Of a DNA stretch of 64,000 nucleotides, positions 19,929 through 28,972 are shown piece by piece (position 1 is the first letter of the stretch; the number at the start of each line of letters is the position of its first letter). The notes below the pieces were generated by a model. It searched no databases. It saw nothing but the letters and a program-made list of their open reading frames with translations, and was not told the origin of the DNA. Source of the stretch: an uncultured Chloroflexia bacterium (GTDB lineage Bacteria; Chloroflexota; Chloroflexia; QHBQ01; JADMIH01); NCBI GenBank assembly GCA_963797095.1, contig CAWCNY010000001.1, positions 96,001-160,000 on the forward strand. The letters are read 5' to 3'. The position numbers and the translations under genes are program-made.

Positions 19929-20423
19929 TTAGGGTCTGATTGTCGCAACTAGAGTCTGTGGCTGTTTGAGTTGGTACTTGTCGAAAGTGATAAGGGGTAA
20001 GTTGAGCTGTCTGGCTAGTGCCAAAAACAGAGCATCGGCTCCTCTGATCCTGTAGTCTGCGGCCAAGTCAGTGGCCTCATCAACAAGTGCCTGGTCTATA
20101 GGTACGAGTCGCATGATGGGTAGAGCGTAAAGCTGGCTGACCGCCTTATGCGCATCGGCCTGAGGGTTGTTGGGCGGTAGGGTTTCACGGGCAATCACCG
20201 ATGCTACCTCGATCACGAAGATCATGGGAGCCACAAATGAGCCACCATTAAGTATGTATCTGTCTATCCATGTGCGGGCAACCTGGTGGTTGGAGTCGTG
20301 AGGCAGTAGCCTGCTCGCCCAAACACTTGTGTCTATGATGACCGATACTCCCGCTGCTCCCGAAAACGCCGAAGGCGCAGAAATCGCTCGGGGACTGGGA
20401 TTGGTTGGGCTAGCGCCGGTCAT
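19929..20423 (-). CDS. vapC: PIN domain toxin, VapC family
   Basis: VIIDTSVW, EVASVI, RGADALFLALA, LITFD acidic PIN residues; overlaps antitoxin. Confidence 0.9.
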   Translation of the reverse strand: MTGASPTNPSPRAISAPSAFSGAAGVSVIIDTSVWASRLLPHDSNHQVARTWIDRYILNGGSFVAPMIFVIEVASVIARETLPPNNPQADAHKAVSQLYALPIMRLVPIDQALVDEATDLAADYRIRGADALFLALARQLNLPLITFDKYQLKQPQTLVATIRP

Positions 20424-20658
20424 TGCTGATTGTTTCAGCCACGTCGCTCAGCTGAGTGTGGTGGCCTATTTCAGCAGCCAAGCTGTTCAGGTCTTGCACT
20501 ATTGCCCGTCGCACTTCAATGCTCACATCTCGGTTCACGGGTACTACCCTTGCCACTGTGCGCCCACGCTTGGTTATCTCAATCACCTCGCCCCGCTCTA
20601 CTTCTTCTATGGTTTCGCTCAGGTGATCCTTCAATTCTCGCAACCCTATGCTCTTCAT
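20410..20658 (-). CDS. Phd/YefM family antitoxin
   Basis: SIGLRELKDHLSETIEEVERGEVIEITKRGRTVARVVP; RBS AAGGAG. Confidence 0.92.
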   Translation of the reverse strand: MKSIGLRELKDHLSETIEEVERGEVIEITKRGRTVARVVPVNRDVSIEVRRAIVQDLNSLAAEIGHHTQLSDVAETISNDRR

Positions 20659-20685
20659 ACACACACTCCTTCCTTGACAGCAGAC

Positions 20686-20749
20686 CTATACTACATGAGG
20701 CCTCAGAAGAGGCCTCATGTAGTATAGCAGCGCCAGTTAGGCTTGGCAA
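20686..20749 (-). promoter_or_regulatory. TA operon promoter with 19-bp perfect inverted-repeat operator
   Basis: Minus strand TTGCCA (20749-20744), 17 bp, TATACT (20726-20721); CTATACTACATGAGGCCTC-AGAA-GAGGCCTCATGTAGTATAG spans 20686-20727. Confidence 0.8.
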
Positions 20750-20920
20750 GGTCGAAGAAAGAATAGGAAAGAGACATTTCTTTCTGTTGTATACTTCTTT
20801 GAGGCAATCGTCCATGCCTAGCGGGGGCTATCTGGGCATCTGCTAAGGAGCAAGAATAACAGCGGGAAATATCTCCCGGTGCTATTGGCGGGGCATTGGC
20901 GGTAGATTGAGAGGGAAAGG

Positions 20921-22087
20921 ATGGCGGAAATGGAACCAGTGAAACCGGTCATACCGGTCATTCCAATCAGGAAGAGTCATATGAAGTGGACTCAAGAGCG
21001 GCTGTCGGAGCAGCTAGAGCAGTGGCGCCGGTCGCTGCAAGAGCAGGATCGATCCGCTGGCACCGTTGAGAAGTATGTGGAGGCGGTGCTGCGCTTTCTC
21101 GCCTGGTACGAGCAGGAAGAAGGAGGCGGTGCTCCATTGCAGTTGGAGGCCCTGACGCCGATTGCCCTGATTGGCTATCGGAGCTACCTGCAGCACGAGC
21201 AGCAGAAGTCGGTCAGCACCATCAACCTGCGTATCAGTGCCCTTCGTGCCTGGTGCGGCTGGTTGGTTGATAGGGGCCACCTGACTTCCGACCCGTCATC
21301 TCGCGTAAAGTTGGTGAGCACGAACAAGGACGGAGGTGGTGCTTCCGGTCATAACTCCAAACGGGAGGGGCTCACCGGTTCCCAGGTCAATGCTCTTCTC
21401 AGGCAGGCGCAGGCCTCCGGAGAGGGGGAGCGCAATTACGCAATCCTGCAAGTATTGCTGCAGACAGGCATCCGACTAAGCGAGTGCAGCGGCCTGCGCT
21501 TCGGAGACATCACTTTCGGGGAACGCAGTGGCATGCTTCTGGCGCGGGCAGGCAAGGGTAACAAAGCTCGCTCCGTGCCGCTCAATTCTTCAGCGCGAGA
21601 AGCGTTGGCAGTTTACGTTGCGCCTCGCTTGGGTTGGAGAGGTGTGGGAGAGGAAAAGACGATGTCGCTGAAGGTGCTCCTCAAGGTAGTTGCTGCTAAA
21701 TGGCCCAGGCCTGGGACGTCGCAAGCCTTTGAGCCGGTGTGGCTGAGCCGTAAAGTGTCTATTCTGCCCGCCCTGGCGGCCTCTATTCTGCAGGAACCTG
21801 TGCGGATAAAGGGTCGCGACAACCAGTCATACGTCGTCCTTACGCTGTGCCGCATGATGTATACGTTGCACCATGGCACAGTCGCTTCAAAGGCGGTTTC
21901 GGCACGCTGGGCGCAGGAAACATTGGATAGACGGTGGGGGCCGTTGATTGAGCGAGCGTTGGCTGAGCGGCACAATCCGGGAGCAGCAACGCCGGCCGAG
22001 GATGTAGAGGGAACATTAGAATTCATCCTCTATGCCCTGGAACGCAGTCAGGCGTTATCCCCAGCTTCGCACCTCATGTTATCATGA
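20921..22087 (+). pseudogene. Truncated tyrosine recombinase fused in frame to an AadA C-terminal/DUF4111-like domain
   Basis: SAM-like N domain, TGIRLSE (catalytic Arg) and GKGNK present; HxxR/H/Y box absent and replaced after VWLSRK by ...SYVVLTLCRMMYTLHHGTVASKAVSARWAQ... Confidence 0.75.
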
Positions 22088-22478
22088 CGCACGTGGGGAT
22101 TGGGAACAGGCTTTGGACACTAGCCTGGGTTGATTGGTTCCAACCGTTCAACCACTCATGCGAAGCGACCTCGTATCGCACGGGACACTCAAAATTTGAA
22201 GTGACAGAAAACGTCCCGGCAACCGTTGGCATGACGATACGTAACAAGAACCGACGATCCCCTAGACGGGCATGACGGGTTGCCATCATGGCAACAGGCG
22301 AAATGGCGCCAGTCCGGTGTGCGGCTATGCCGACATGGCAACCGTGTCTCACCAGAGTGGAGAAACCGAGAAAGACCCCAACTCCTGAAGCACAGCGGGT
22401 AGATGTTCACGAAACGATGCATGATCCCATTTGGTCGCCAGGTCGTCCAGTTCCTCACACATTCCCGGAATCGGTCGT

Positions 22479-25400
22479 CTATGAGACTCTGAGATTTGGT
22501 ACCAGAACTCCTCTATATTTGTGCAGGGCGTACTCGACGGCTTCCGCCAGGCTCAGCGCTTCGCCCACTGCCCAGGCGCGGGCGAATATGCCCTTGTCGA
22601 GCAGCGCACGGGCCTGCGCCACGCTCTGCTCGTACGTCCTACGGTCGACGCGGTCCAGCACGGCGCCCAGGCTCGATACCAGCCGGTCCACAGCACCCAG
22701 CAGCATCGCCGCCCCCTCTCCCCGACCCTCGTGTGCGGCCAGCCCGCCCAAGCCGGCCAGCCCTGCCAGGGCCCCTTTCCGGTTGCCCATATCCGCAGTC
22801 AGCGTGAGGCTCTGGGCGAGCAGAGCCCTTGCCCGGGCATAATCTCCCCGTTCCATAGCCAGCAGCCCGAGCCGGCCGGTGGGCCAGGCCATCCCCAGCT
22901 TGCTGCCCACCTCTCTATTGCCCGCCAGCCCCTCCTCGTAGAGCGTCTCGGCGAGAGCGTAATCGCCTTCGCCGTGGGCCACACCGCCGAGGAAAGCCAG
23001 ACACCAGGCCACCGTCTGCTTATCGCCCACCTCTCGGAGCAGTAGCAAGGCTTCACCGAACAAGGACCTGGCGTGGACCGCCTCGCCTTCTTCCATGGCG
23101 ACCACCGCAAGCTGGTGCAGGCTCAAGCCGATACTCCCCTTATCGCCAAACTCCCGGCGGAGGGCCAGGCTCTCCTCGTAGAGTGCGCGGGCGCGAGCAT
23201 ATTCGCCCTGCTCCCTGGCCACAACGCCCAGGTTGTGCAGGCTCATCGCGATCCCTGGACGATCCCCAAGCTCCCGGCGGAGCGCCAGGCTCTCCTCGTA
23301 GAGCGCGCGGGCCGTGGCGTAATCGCTCAGTTGCTTGGCCACGAAGCCGAGGTTGTGCAGGGCCGTGCTGAGGCCGATCTTGTCCCCGAGCTCCCAGCGG
23401 AGCGCTAGGCTCTCTTCGAACAGCGCGCGGGAGGCATAGAAGTCGCCTTGCTCGTTGGCCACGATGCCCAGCCCGTTCAGCGCATTCGCGACGCCCCATT
23501 GATTGCCCAGTTCCCGCTGCACTACGAGACTCTCCTCGAACAGCACGCGGGCTGCAGAGTAGTCGCCCGCATCAAAGGCCAGCCTCGCCAGGTGGCCCAG
23601 CGAAGCGGAGATGCTGGACCCGTCCCCGGTCGCTTGCCCCAGCGCCAGCGCCGCCTCCAGCGCAGTGCGTGCGGCCGCCGCATCGCCCTGCCACCCGGCG
23701 AGGGAGCCTGCAGCATTCAGCGCTTTAGCCTTGATTCGGACCATGTCCGCATGATGTGGCGGGGGCGAGCCGTCTCCGAGCCCGGCCGGGCCCCTGCCCG
23801 CGTCCGCAGCCACAGCCCGTTCTTGGGACTCCAGTCCCAATTCAGGCTCCTTGCCCCGCTCGACGTTCGCCCATACAGACAGTGCTTTCTGCAAGTGGTC
23901 TCTTCCCTCGGTGTACAGGCCCTTTGTGTGCCAGAAGCGATAGAGGGTGGCTCCCAGCCGCAGTCCCAACTCTGCTGCTTCGGCTACTTCCTCGCCTTGT
24001 ACCACTGTGGCCTGGACCGCGGACCGGCCATCGGTATTCCCCGCCGTTGCCTGTTCACCAGCCCACACCAGCACCGCCCGGAGGTTTTCATGCTCATCTT
24101 CCAGCCGGGCGAGCCACTCCTGCTGCTCTTTGCCGGTGAGGTGCGGCTCCGCTTCCTCGGCTAGCCCCAAGAAGTAGCGGGCATGCTCCCGGGCCAGCAC
24201 AGCGGCTTCCCCGCTCTCCGCTAGCTTCTCCCGGGCGTATTCGTGGATCGTCTCCAGCATCCAAAAGCGCGGCTCGCCGGCGCGGCCTGTGGCCTGCCGC
24301 AGCAAGTTCTTGCTCAACAGGGCTTCGACCCCCTCGAAGACGTCGATCCCCAAGCGTCCATCCCAGTTGCAGACGGCTTCCAGCGCTTCCATGCTCCGCC
24401 CACCCGTGAAAGGAGCCATCCTGCGGAAGAGCTGCTGCTCGCCCGAGTCCAGCAGGTCATAGCTCCACTCAATCGTCCTACGCATCGTCTGCTGGCGAGC
24501 CGGGGCGTCTCGGGCGCCCTCAGTTAGCAGACTCAGCCGCCTGCTCAGCCGGGCGAGCAGGAGCGGGGGCGGGAGCATGCGCACGCGGGCCGCGGCCAGC
24601 TCGATCGCCAGCGGCAGCCCGTCCAGCCGGACGCAGATCTCCGCGACGGCTCGCGCATTCCCGGCGGTCAGCCGGAAGTCCGGCCGGACATCGGTCGCCC
24701 GCTCGACAAAGAGGCGCATCGCTTCGTACTGGGCCAGCTGCTCCAGGGGTGGCAATTGCCGCAAATCGGGAAGCGACAGCGGCGGCACCGGGTACTCCCG
24801 CTCGCCCCGCACGCCGAGGGGCACGCGGCTTGTCACCAGTACCTTCAGACCAGGGCATGAGGAAAGCAAATGGCTCACCTGGGGGCCGGCATCTACCACC
24901 TGCTCGAAGTTGTCCAGCAGAAACAGCACCTGCTTGTCCCGCAGATACGCAGCGATACTGTCCAGCACTCCCTCTATCCCCGGCAGCCGCTGATCTTTGA
25001 TCCCCAGCGCCTTGGCGATTGCGGCGACCACCAGCTCGGGGTCGGTCAGCGGGGCCAGGTCGACAAAGCATGCGCGGTCGGAGAAGTGCTCCTGCACGCC
25101 GGCCGCCGCATTCAGTGCGACCCGGGTCTTGCCGACTCCGCCCGGCCCCGTCACCGTGAGCAGCCGCACCGCGTCCTGCAGCAGGCGCTCACCGACCGCA
25201 GTCACCTCGGCCTCCCGCCCGATCAGCGGCGTTGCCGCGGCGGGCAGAAAGCTCGTGCCCCCCAACGGCGGCTCCGGGTGCACTTCGTGCGCGGCGTCGC
25301 GGATGCGTTCGTATAGGGCGCTTGTCTCGCGGGCCGGTTCGAGGCCCAGTTCGGCGGCCAGCGTCCGCCGGCAGGCTTCGTACTGGGCGAGCGCCGCGCT

Positions 25401-26150
25401 GCGCTGTCCCGTGCGCGAGAGGAGCCGCATCGCCTGGCGGTGGGCCTCTTCGCGCCAGGGTTCCAACTTCAACTGCCACAACGCGAAGTGCAACGATTGC
25501 TCGTGTTCGCCCACCTCCTCGTGAAAGTCCGCCAGGCGCTCGAGGGCATGCATCATCTGGCGATGGTGCGTCTCCCGCTCTAGCAGCAGCCACTCCTCAA
25601 ACGCCCCGGTATCCGGGACGAGGAACCCTTGCAAGAAATCGCCCCGGTACAGGGTGGCCGCCTCGTGAAAGTGGTCGATACATTCGGCACAGTGATCTGG
25701 ATGCCCGGATTGATGCTGATGCGCCTGGCAGGCCGCGAGGAGTTGGGTGAAGACCGCGACATCGCACCAGGTATCGCTCGCCGGGTTGAGTTGCACGGTC
25801 TGGCGGGTGACGAGCAAGGGGCTGGTGCCGTTGGGGTCGTCCTCATCGGGCTCCCGCAGAGCCTGCCCTGGGCTTGTCGAAGGGTCACAATTCGCTCCGA
25901 CACCACTCCCGGTGCTACTAAGGATCCGGCGCAGGACGTAAAGGGTCTGGCGCAGGCTATGCCGGGCCTCTTGGTCTGGCTGCTCGGGCCACAGGAGAGC
26001 CGCCAGGGCATCGCGGCGGTGGGGCCGGCCCCGCTCGATAAGCAGATAGGCCAGAAGCGCGCGCATTTTATCCGACTCAAAGCCGGTAACACTCACGCTA
26101 TTGCGCGTGAGGTGGAAGGGGCCGAGAAAATAAGTACACAGTTGCGACAT
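22479..26150 (-). CDS. AfsR/SARP-type regulator: wHTH-BTAD + STAND NTPase + TPR repeats
   Basis: LGPF, RALLAYL, LWP, LYRGDFL, EPWREEAHRQAM; Walker A GPGGVGKT, LLDNFE, LDGLPLAIELAA; tandem ARALYEESLALRRELGD repeats. Confidence 0.93.
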   Translation of the reverse strand: MSQLCTYFLGPFHLTRNSVSVTGFESDKMRALLAYLLIERGRPHRRDALAALLWPEQPDQEARHSLRQTLYVLRRILSSTGSGVGANCDPSTSPGQALREPDEDDPNGTSPLLVTRQTVQLNPASDTWCDVAVFTQLLAACQAHQHQSGHPDHCAECIDHFHEAATLYRGDFLQGFLVPDTGAFEEWLLLERETHHRQMMHALERLADFHEEVGEHEQSLHFALWQLKLEPWREEAHRQAMRLLSRTGQRSAALAQYEACRRTLAAELGLEPARETSALYERIRDAAHEVHPEPPLGGTSFLPAAATPLIGREAEVTAVGERLLQDAVRLLTVTGPGGVGKTRVALNAAAGVQEHFSDRACFVDLAPLTDPELVVAAIAKALGIKDQRLPGIEGVLDSIAAYLRDKQVLFLLDNFEQVVDAGPQVSHLLSSCPGLKVLVTSRVPLGVRGEREYPVPPLSLPDLRQLPPLEQLAQYEAMRLFVERATDVRPDFRLTAGNARAVAEICVRLDGLPLAIELAAARVRMLPPPLLLARLSRRLSLLTEGARDAPARQQTMRRTIEWSYDLLDSGEQQLFRRMAPFTGGRSMEALEAVCNWDGRLGIDVFEGVEALLSKNLLRQATGRAGEPRFWMLETIHEYAREKLAESGEAAVLAREHARYFLGLAEEAEPHLTGKEQQEWLARLEDEHENLRAVLVWAGEQATAGNTDGRSAVQATVVQGEEVAEAAELGLRLGATLYRFWHTKGLYTEGRDHLQKALSVWANVERGKEPELGLESQERAVAADAGRGPAGLGDGSPPPHHADMVRIKAKALNAAGSLAGWQGDAAAARTALEAALALGQATGDGSSISASLGHLARLAFDAGDYSAARVLFEESLVVQRELGNQWGVANALNGLGIVANEQGDFYASRALFEESLALRWELGDKIGLSTALHNLGFVAKQLSDYATARALYEESLALRRELGDRPGIAMSLHNLGVVAREQGEYARARALYEESLALRREFGDKGSIGLSLHQLAVVAMEEGEAVHARSLFGEALLLLREVGDKQTVAWCLAFLGGVAHGEGDYALAETLYEEGLAGNREVGSKLGMAWPTGRLGLLAMERGDYARARALLAQSLTLTADMGNRKGALAGLAGLGGLAAHEGRGEGAAMLLGAVDRLVSSLGAVLDRVDRRTYEQSVAQARALLDKGIFARAWAVGEALSLAEAVEYALHKYRGVLVPNLRVS

Positions 26151-26330
26151 TGCCGGACCTGTTGCTACATTAACTAGCCAGCTGTCCTCTATCATACCGC
26201 ACGCCCGACGTACGTGCAATCGGCCCAGCAGCGGGCCAGCAGTAGGTCTGTTCAGTTGCCAGACAACAGCATCGCATAGCCGTGCCCCGCAGCCGACGTC
26301 GTGTTGCTCCCGCGCCGGGTTTGCCGCCTG

Positions 26331-26378
26331 TCTCATGACGGATCTCATGACGATCTAATGACGGTTGGCTGCTACCCT
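26331..26378 (+). promoter_or_regulatory. Putative SARP-binding direct repeats upstream of an extended -10
   Basis: TCTCATGACG (26331), TCTCATGACG (26343), TCTAATGACG (26354), then TGcTACCCT (26370-26378). Confidence 0.6.
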
Positions 26379-26409
26379 GTTACCAACCCTGACTGAACTG
26401 GAGACGACA

Positions 26410-26628
26410 TTGCCGAACTCACCAGACGATCGTGAACCACACTATCTGTCCTATCTGCTCAGGCTATGGAGCAAAACGGACAATCAGGGCCAGCAGGTGT
26501 GGTGCGCGTCTCTGGAGACGCCTGGCAGCCACAAGACGGTGCGCTTTGGGGACCTACCCGCGCTGTTTACCTTCCTGCAAACCCAAGTAGGAACTGCACC
26601 GCAAGGGGGATTGGACCAAGAGGAGTAA
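26410..26628 (+). CDS. Small hypothetical protein (YLSYLLRLW...WxASLE...F-x-D-L-x-x-L-F-x-F-L)
   Basis: TTG start after TGGAG; first gene of the operon divergent from the SARP-STAND gene. Confidence 0.7.
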   Translation: MPNSPDDREPHYLSYLLRLWSKTDNQGQQVWCASLETPGSHKTVRFGDLPALFTFLQTQVGTAPQGGLDQEE

Positions 26629-26706
26629 CAGGCCCATGAGGAACCGTCCTCGTGACGGAGTTCCAAGTTGCATAGCTGTTTAGCGTCTGCCTGAAAGGAG
26701 GAATAC

Positions 26707-27015
26707 ATGTACGTAGTAATCAACCATTTGCACCTTGATATACCAGTAGATCAGATACTCGACACGGTGCGAGAGGAGTTCGTGCCTTCACTCGCCGCCT
26801 TGAAAGGCTTTCATCACTACTACCTGGTAAAAGAAGCCGAAGACCGAGCCACTGTGCTGGCATTCTATGAGAGCGCCGAAGATGCGGCTAGCGGGGCCGC
26901 TGCTATCGGCCCAACATACTTTGCCAAGCACATAGCCCCGCATCTCGCCAGCGAACAGGTGCGCACCGTGGGCGAAGTGGTAGTTCAGGCAAGTGGTAAT
27001 CCGGGCAAGGGATAG
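26707..27015 (+). CDS. ABM-like dimeric alpha/beta barrel protein
   Basis: RBS AAGGAGG; GFHHYYLV...FYESAEDA pattern. Confidence 0.75.
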   Translation: MYVVINHLHLDIPVDQILDTVREEFVPSLAALKGFHHYYLVKEAEDRATVLAFYESAEDAASGAAAIGPTYFAKHIAPHLASEQVRTVGEVVVQASGNPGKG

Positions 27016-27137
27016 TCTAGTTGCTTCGAAAGGAGGTATCGACAACTCGCATAACCAATCTCTTGCACGGTATGGATCGCACACCCTACAAACAAATGAG
27101 AGTACCCGATGTCAAAACAAACAAAGGAGATTAAGCA

Positions 27138-27566
27138 ATGTCAACTGAACAGAACAAGGCGGTTGTCCGCCGATTCATGGTGGAAGTGTTGACCGGTCGC
27201 AACGTGGGCCTGGCCGACGAACTACTAGCGCCGAACTACGTGAACCGCATGACAGGTGCCGACCTGCCTGCCTTTAAGGGGTTTCTCACCGGCATGGCGT
27301 CTGCGCTCAGCGACCTCCGGTTTGAAATCGATGATCTGCTGGCCGAAGGGGATGCGGTGGTGGCCCGCTGGAAGATGGAGGCAAACCACACCGGTTCGCT
27401 GATGGGAGAATCGCCCACGGGGAAGAAGATATCAGCTCGTGGCCTGACTTACTACCGCCTGGACAACGGCCGGATCGTGGAAGATGATCCGCTATCGACG
27501 CCCGATCTGTTGCAGGAACTCGGCGCACAGGTGCCTGCGCAGGCGGGCGCTGTCGCAGCAGGTTAA
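27138..27566 (+). CDS. SnoaL-like ester cyclase
   Basis: STEQNKAVVRRF, IDDLLAEGDAVV, HTG..MG..PTGK, RLDNGRIVE. Confidence 0.9.
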   Translation: MSTEQNKAVVRRFMVEVLTGRNVGLADELLAPNYVNRMTGADLPAFKGFLTGMASALSDLRFEIDDLLAEGDAVVARWKMEANHTGSLMGESPTGKKISARGLTYYRLDNGRIVEDDPLSTPDLLQELGAQVPAQAGAVAAG

Positions 27567-27576
27567 GGAGGAAATC

Positions 27577-27996
27577 ATGGACAGCGCTACCTCAATCCGA
27601 CGCCTCTACGACCTCATCAACGCCGGTGATATCGACGGTTTCGGCCAGCAACTCGCCGACGACTTCGTCGAGCGCGCCGAAATACCCGGAATCCCGCCCA
27701 CGAAAGCCGGCGTGGTCCAGTACTTTCGGATGCTAATCGCAGCGTTCCCGGACTTACGGATGGACGTCGAAGACGTGATTGCGAGCGGCAACAAGGCAGT
27801 TGCGCGTGTGCGAGTGACCGGGACGCATAAAGGTGAGTTTATAGGAATGCCGCCGACGGGCAGATCTGTCGCGGTGGACCTCATCGACATCACTCGCTTT
27901 GGCGATGACGGGCTGGCACACGAGCACTGGGGAGTGTCCGACCAACTCGCTCTGCTCCAGCAACTCGGCGCGATCCCGGCAGGGGCTCCAGCCTAG
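27577..27996 (+). CDS. SnoaL-like ester cyclase
   Basis: AFPDL, GTHKGEFIGMPPTGR, EHWG..DQLALLQQLG; RBS AAGGAGG. Confidence 0.92.
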   Translation: MDSATSIRRLYDLINAGDIDGFGQQLADDFVERAEIPGIPPTKAGVVQYFRMLIAAFPDLRMDVEDVIASGNKAVARVRVTGTHKGEFIGMPPTGRSVAVDLIDITRFGDDGLAHEHWGVSDQLALLQQLGAIPAGAPA

Positions 27997-28048
27997 CTGG
28001 TCGCAGTGCGAATCGGTCTGGGAGACATCGCAGAAAGGAGCTAAGGCA

Positions 28049-28342
28049 GTGGCAATCAAGGTGATCGTGGAACTACAGGCCAAACCGGGCAAGCGGGCTG
28101 AACTCAAGGATCTGCTGGAGAGCGTTGCGGCGAAGCTTGGACCGGGCGAGCCCGGTTTCCTGGGCAGCACACGCTACGAGGTACTCGATAGTCCCGACGT
28201 ACTGGTTGAGATTGCCGATTGGCAGTCGGCCGAGGTGCGCGCGAGGGCTATGCAGGAGGCTATGGCCAGCGGCGCCTACGCACCTCTGATGGATCTGTTA
28301 GCCGCGCCCTTCAAGGCGCTAGTCATCAGGGAACTGCCCTGA
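28049..28342 (+). CDS. Antibiotic biosynthesis monooxygenase (ABM) family protein
   Basis: VIVELQAKPGK...EPGFLG...IADWQS; GTG after AAGGAG. Confidence 0.85.
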   Translation: MAIKVIVELQAKPGKRAELKDLLESVAAKLGPGEPGFLGSTRYEVLDSPDVLVEIADWQSAEVRARAMQEAMASGAYAPLMDLLAAPFKALVIRELP

Positions 28343-28449
28343 CGGGCGGACGACGTCGCCGTCGTCGCCTTCAGCAGGACGCGGCCGGCGCGCTGCGCCT
28401 GCAACCCCTGTCAATCATACGTGTTTAGCAAAATCAAGGAGAATCAACC

Positions 28450-28882
28450 ATGTCAGCAGAAAACGATGTCCGACAGGCATCAGCACAATTCTACGCCGCA
28501 TTGAACAGTATGGCCAACGGGGATGCCAGCTCAATGCCTGACATCTGGTCCCACAGCGCGACCGTCACGACCATGCACCCGATCGGCGGTCGGGAAGTCG
28601 GCTGGGAAGAAGTCAAGGAGCCGTGGGGCCAGGTAGGCCAACTGGCCTCAGGCGGGCAGATTTAACCTGAACGAACAACTCATTCAGGTTTCCGGCGATA
28701 TTGCCTATGAAGTGGGACTCGAACAAGGTCAGTTTACACTGGCCGGAGAGCCGGTCGCCATCGATCACCGCGTCACAAACATCTACCGCCGCGAGAACGG
28801 GGCCTGGAAGATCGTCCATCACCATGCTGATACTTCTCCTGCCATGCTGGACATTCTCAGCCGTTTGCAGGCCAGGGCGTAG
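28450..28882 (+). pseudogene. NTF2/SnoaL_3 (DUF4440-like) protein with +1 frameshift
   Basis: Extra T at about 28661-28663 (CAG ATT T AAC); removing it joins HPIGGREVGWEEV to DIAYEVGLE...RVTNIYRRENGAWKIVHHHAD, stop 28882. Confidence 0.85.
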
Positions 28883-28972
28883 TTCTGAGGGGAGCCCCAT
28901 CCACTTCTGAAGCTTATGGATCTTATGGATGCTCACTATCCAGATCTAGCATGGAGGTTCAAACCAGTGCAA

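Noticed and set aside
26707-28882. Polyketide biosynthetic gene cluster
   Set aside because: Only cyclase-fold and ABM genes; no KS, ACP or NRPS in the window
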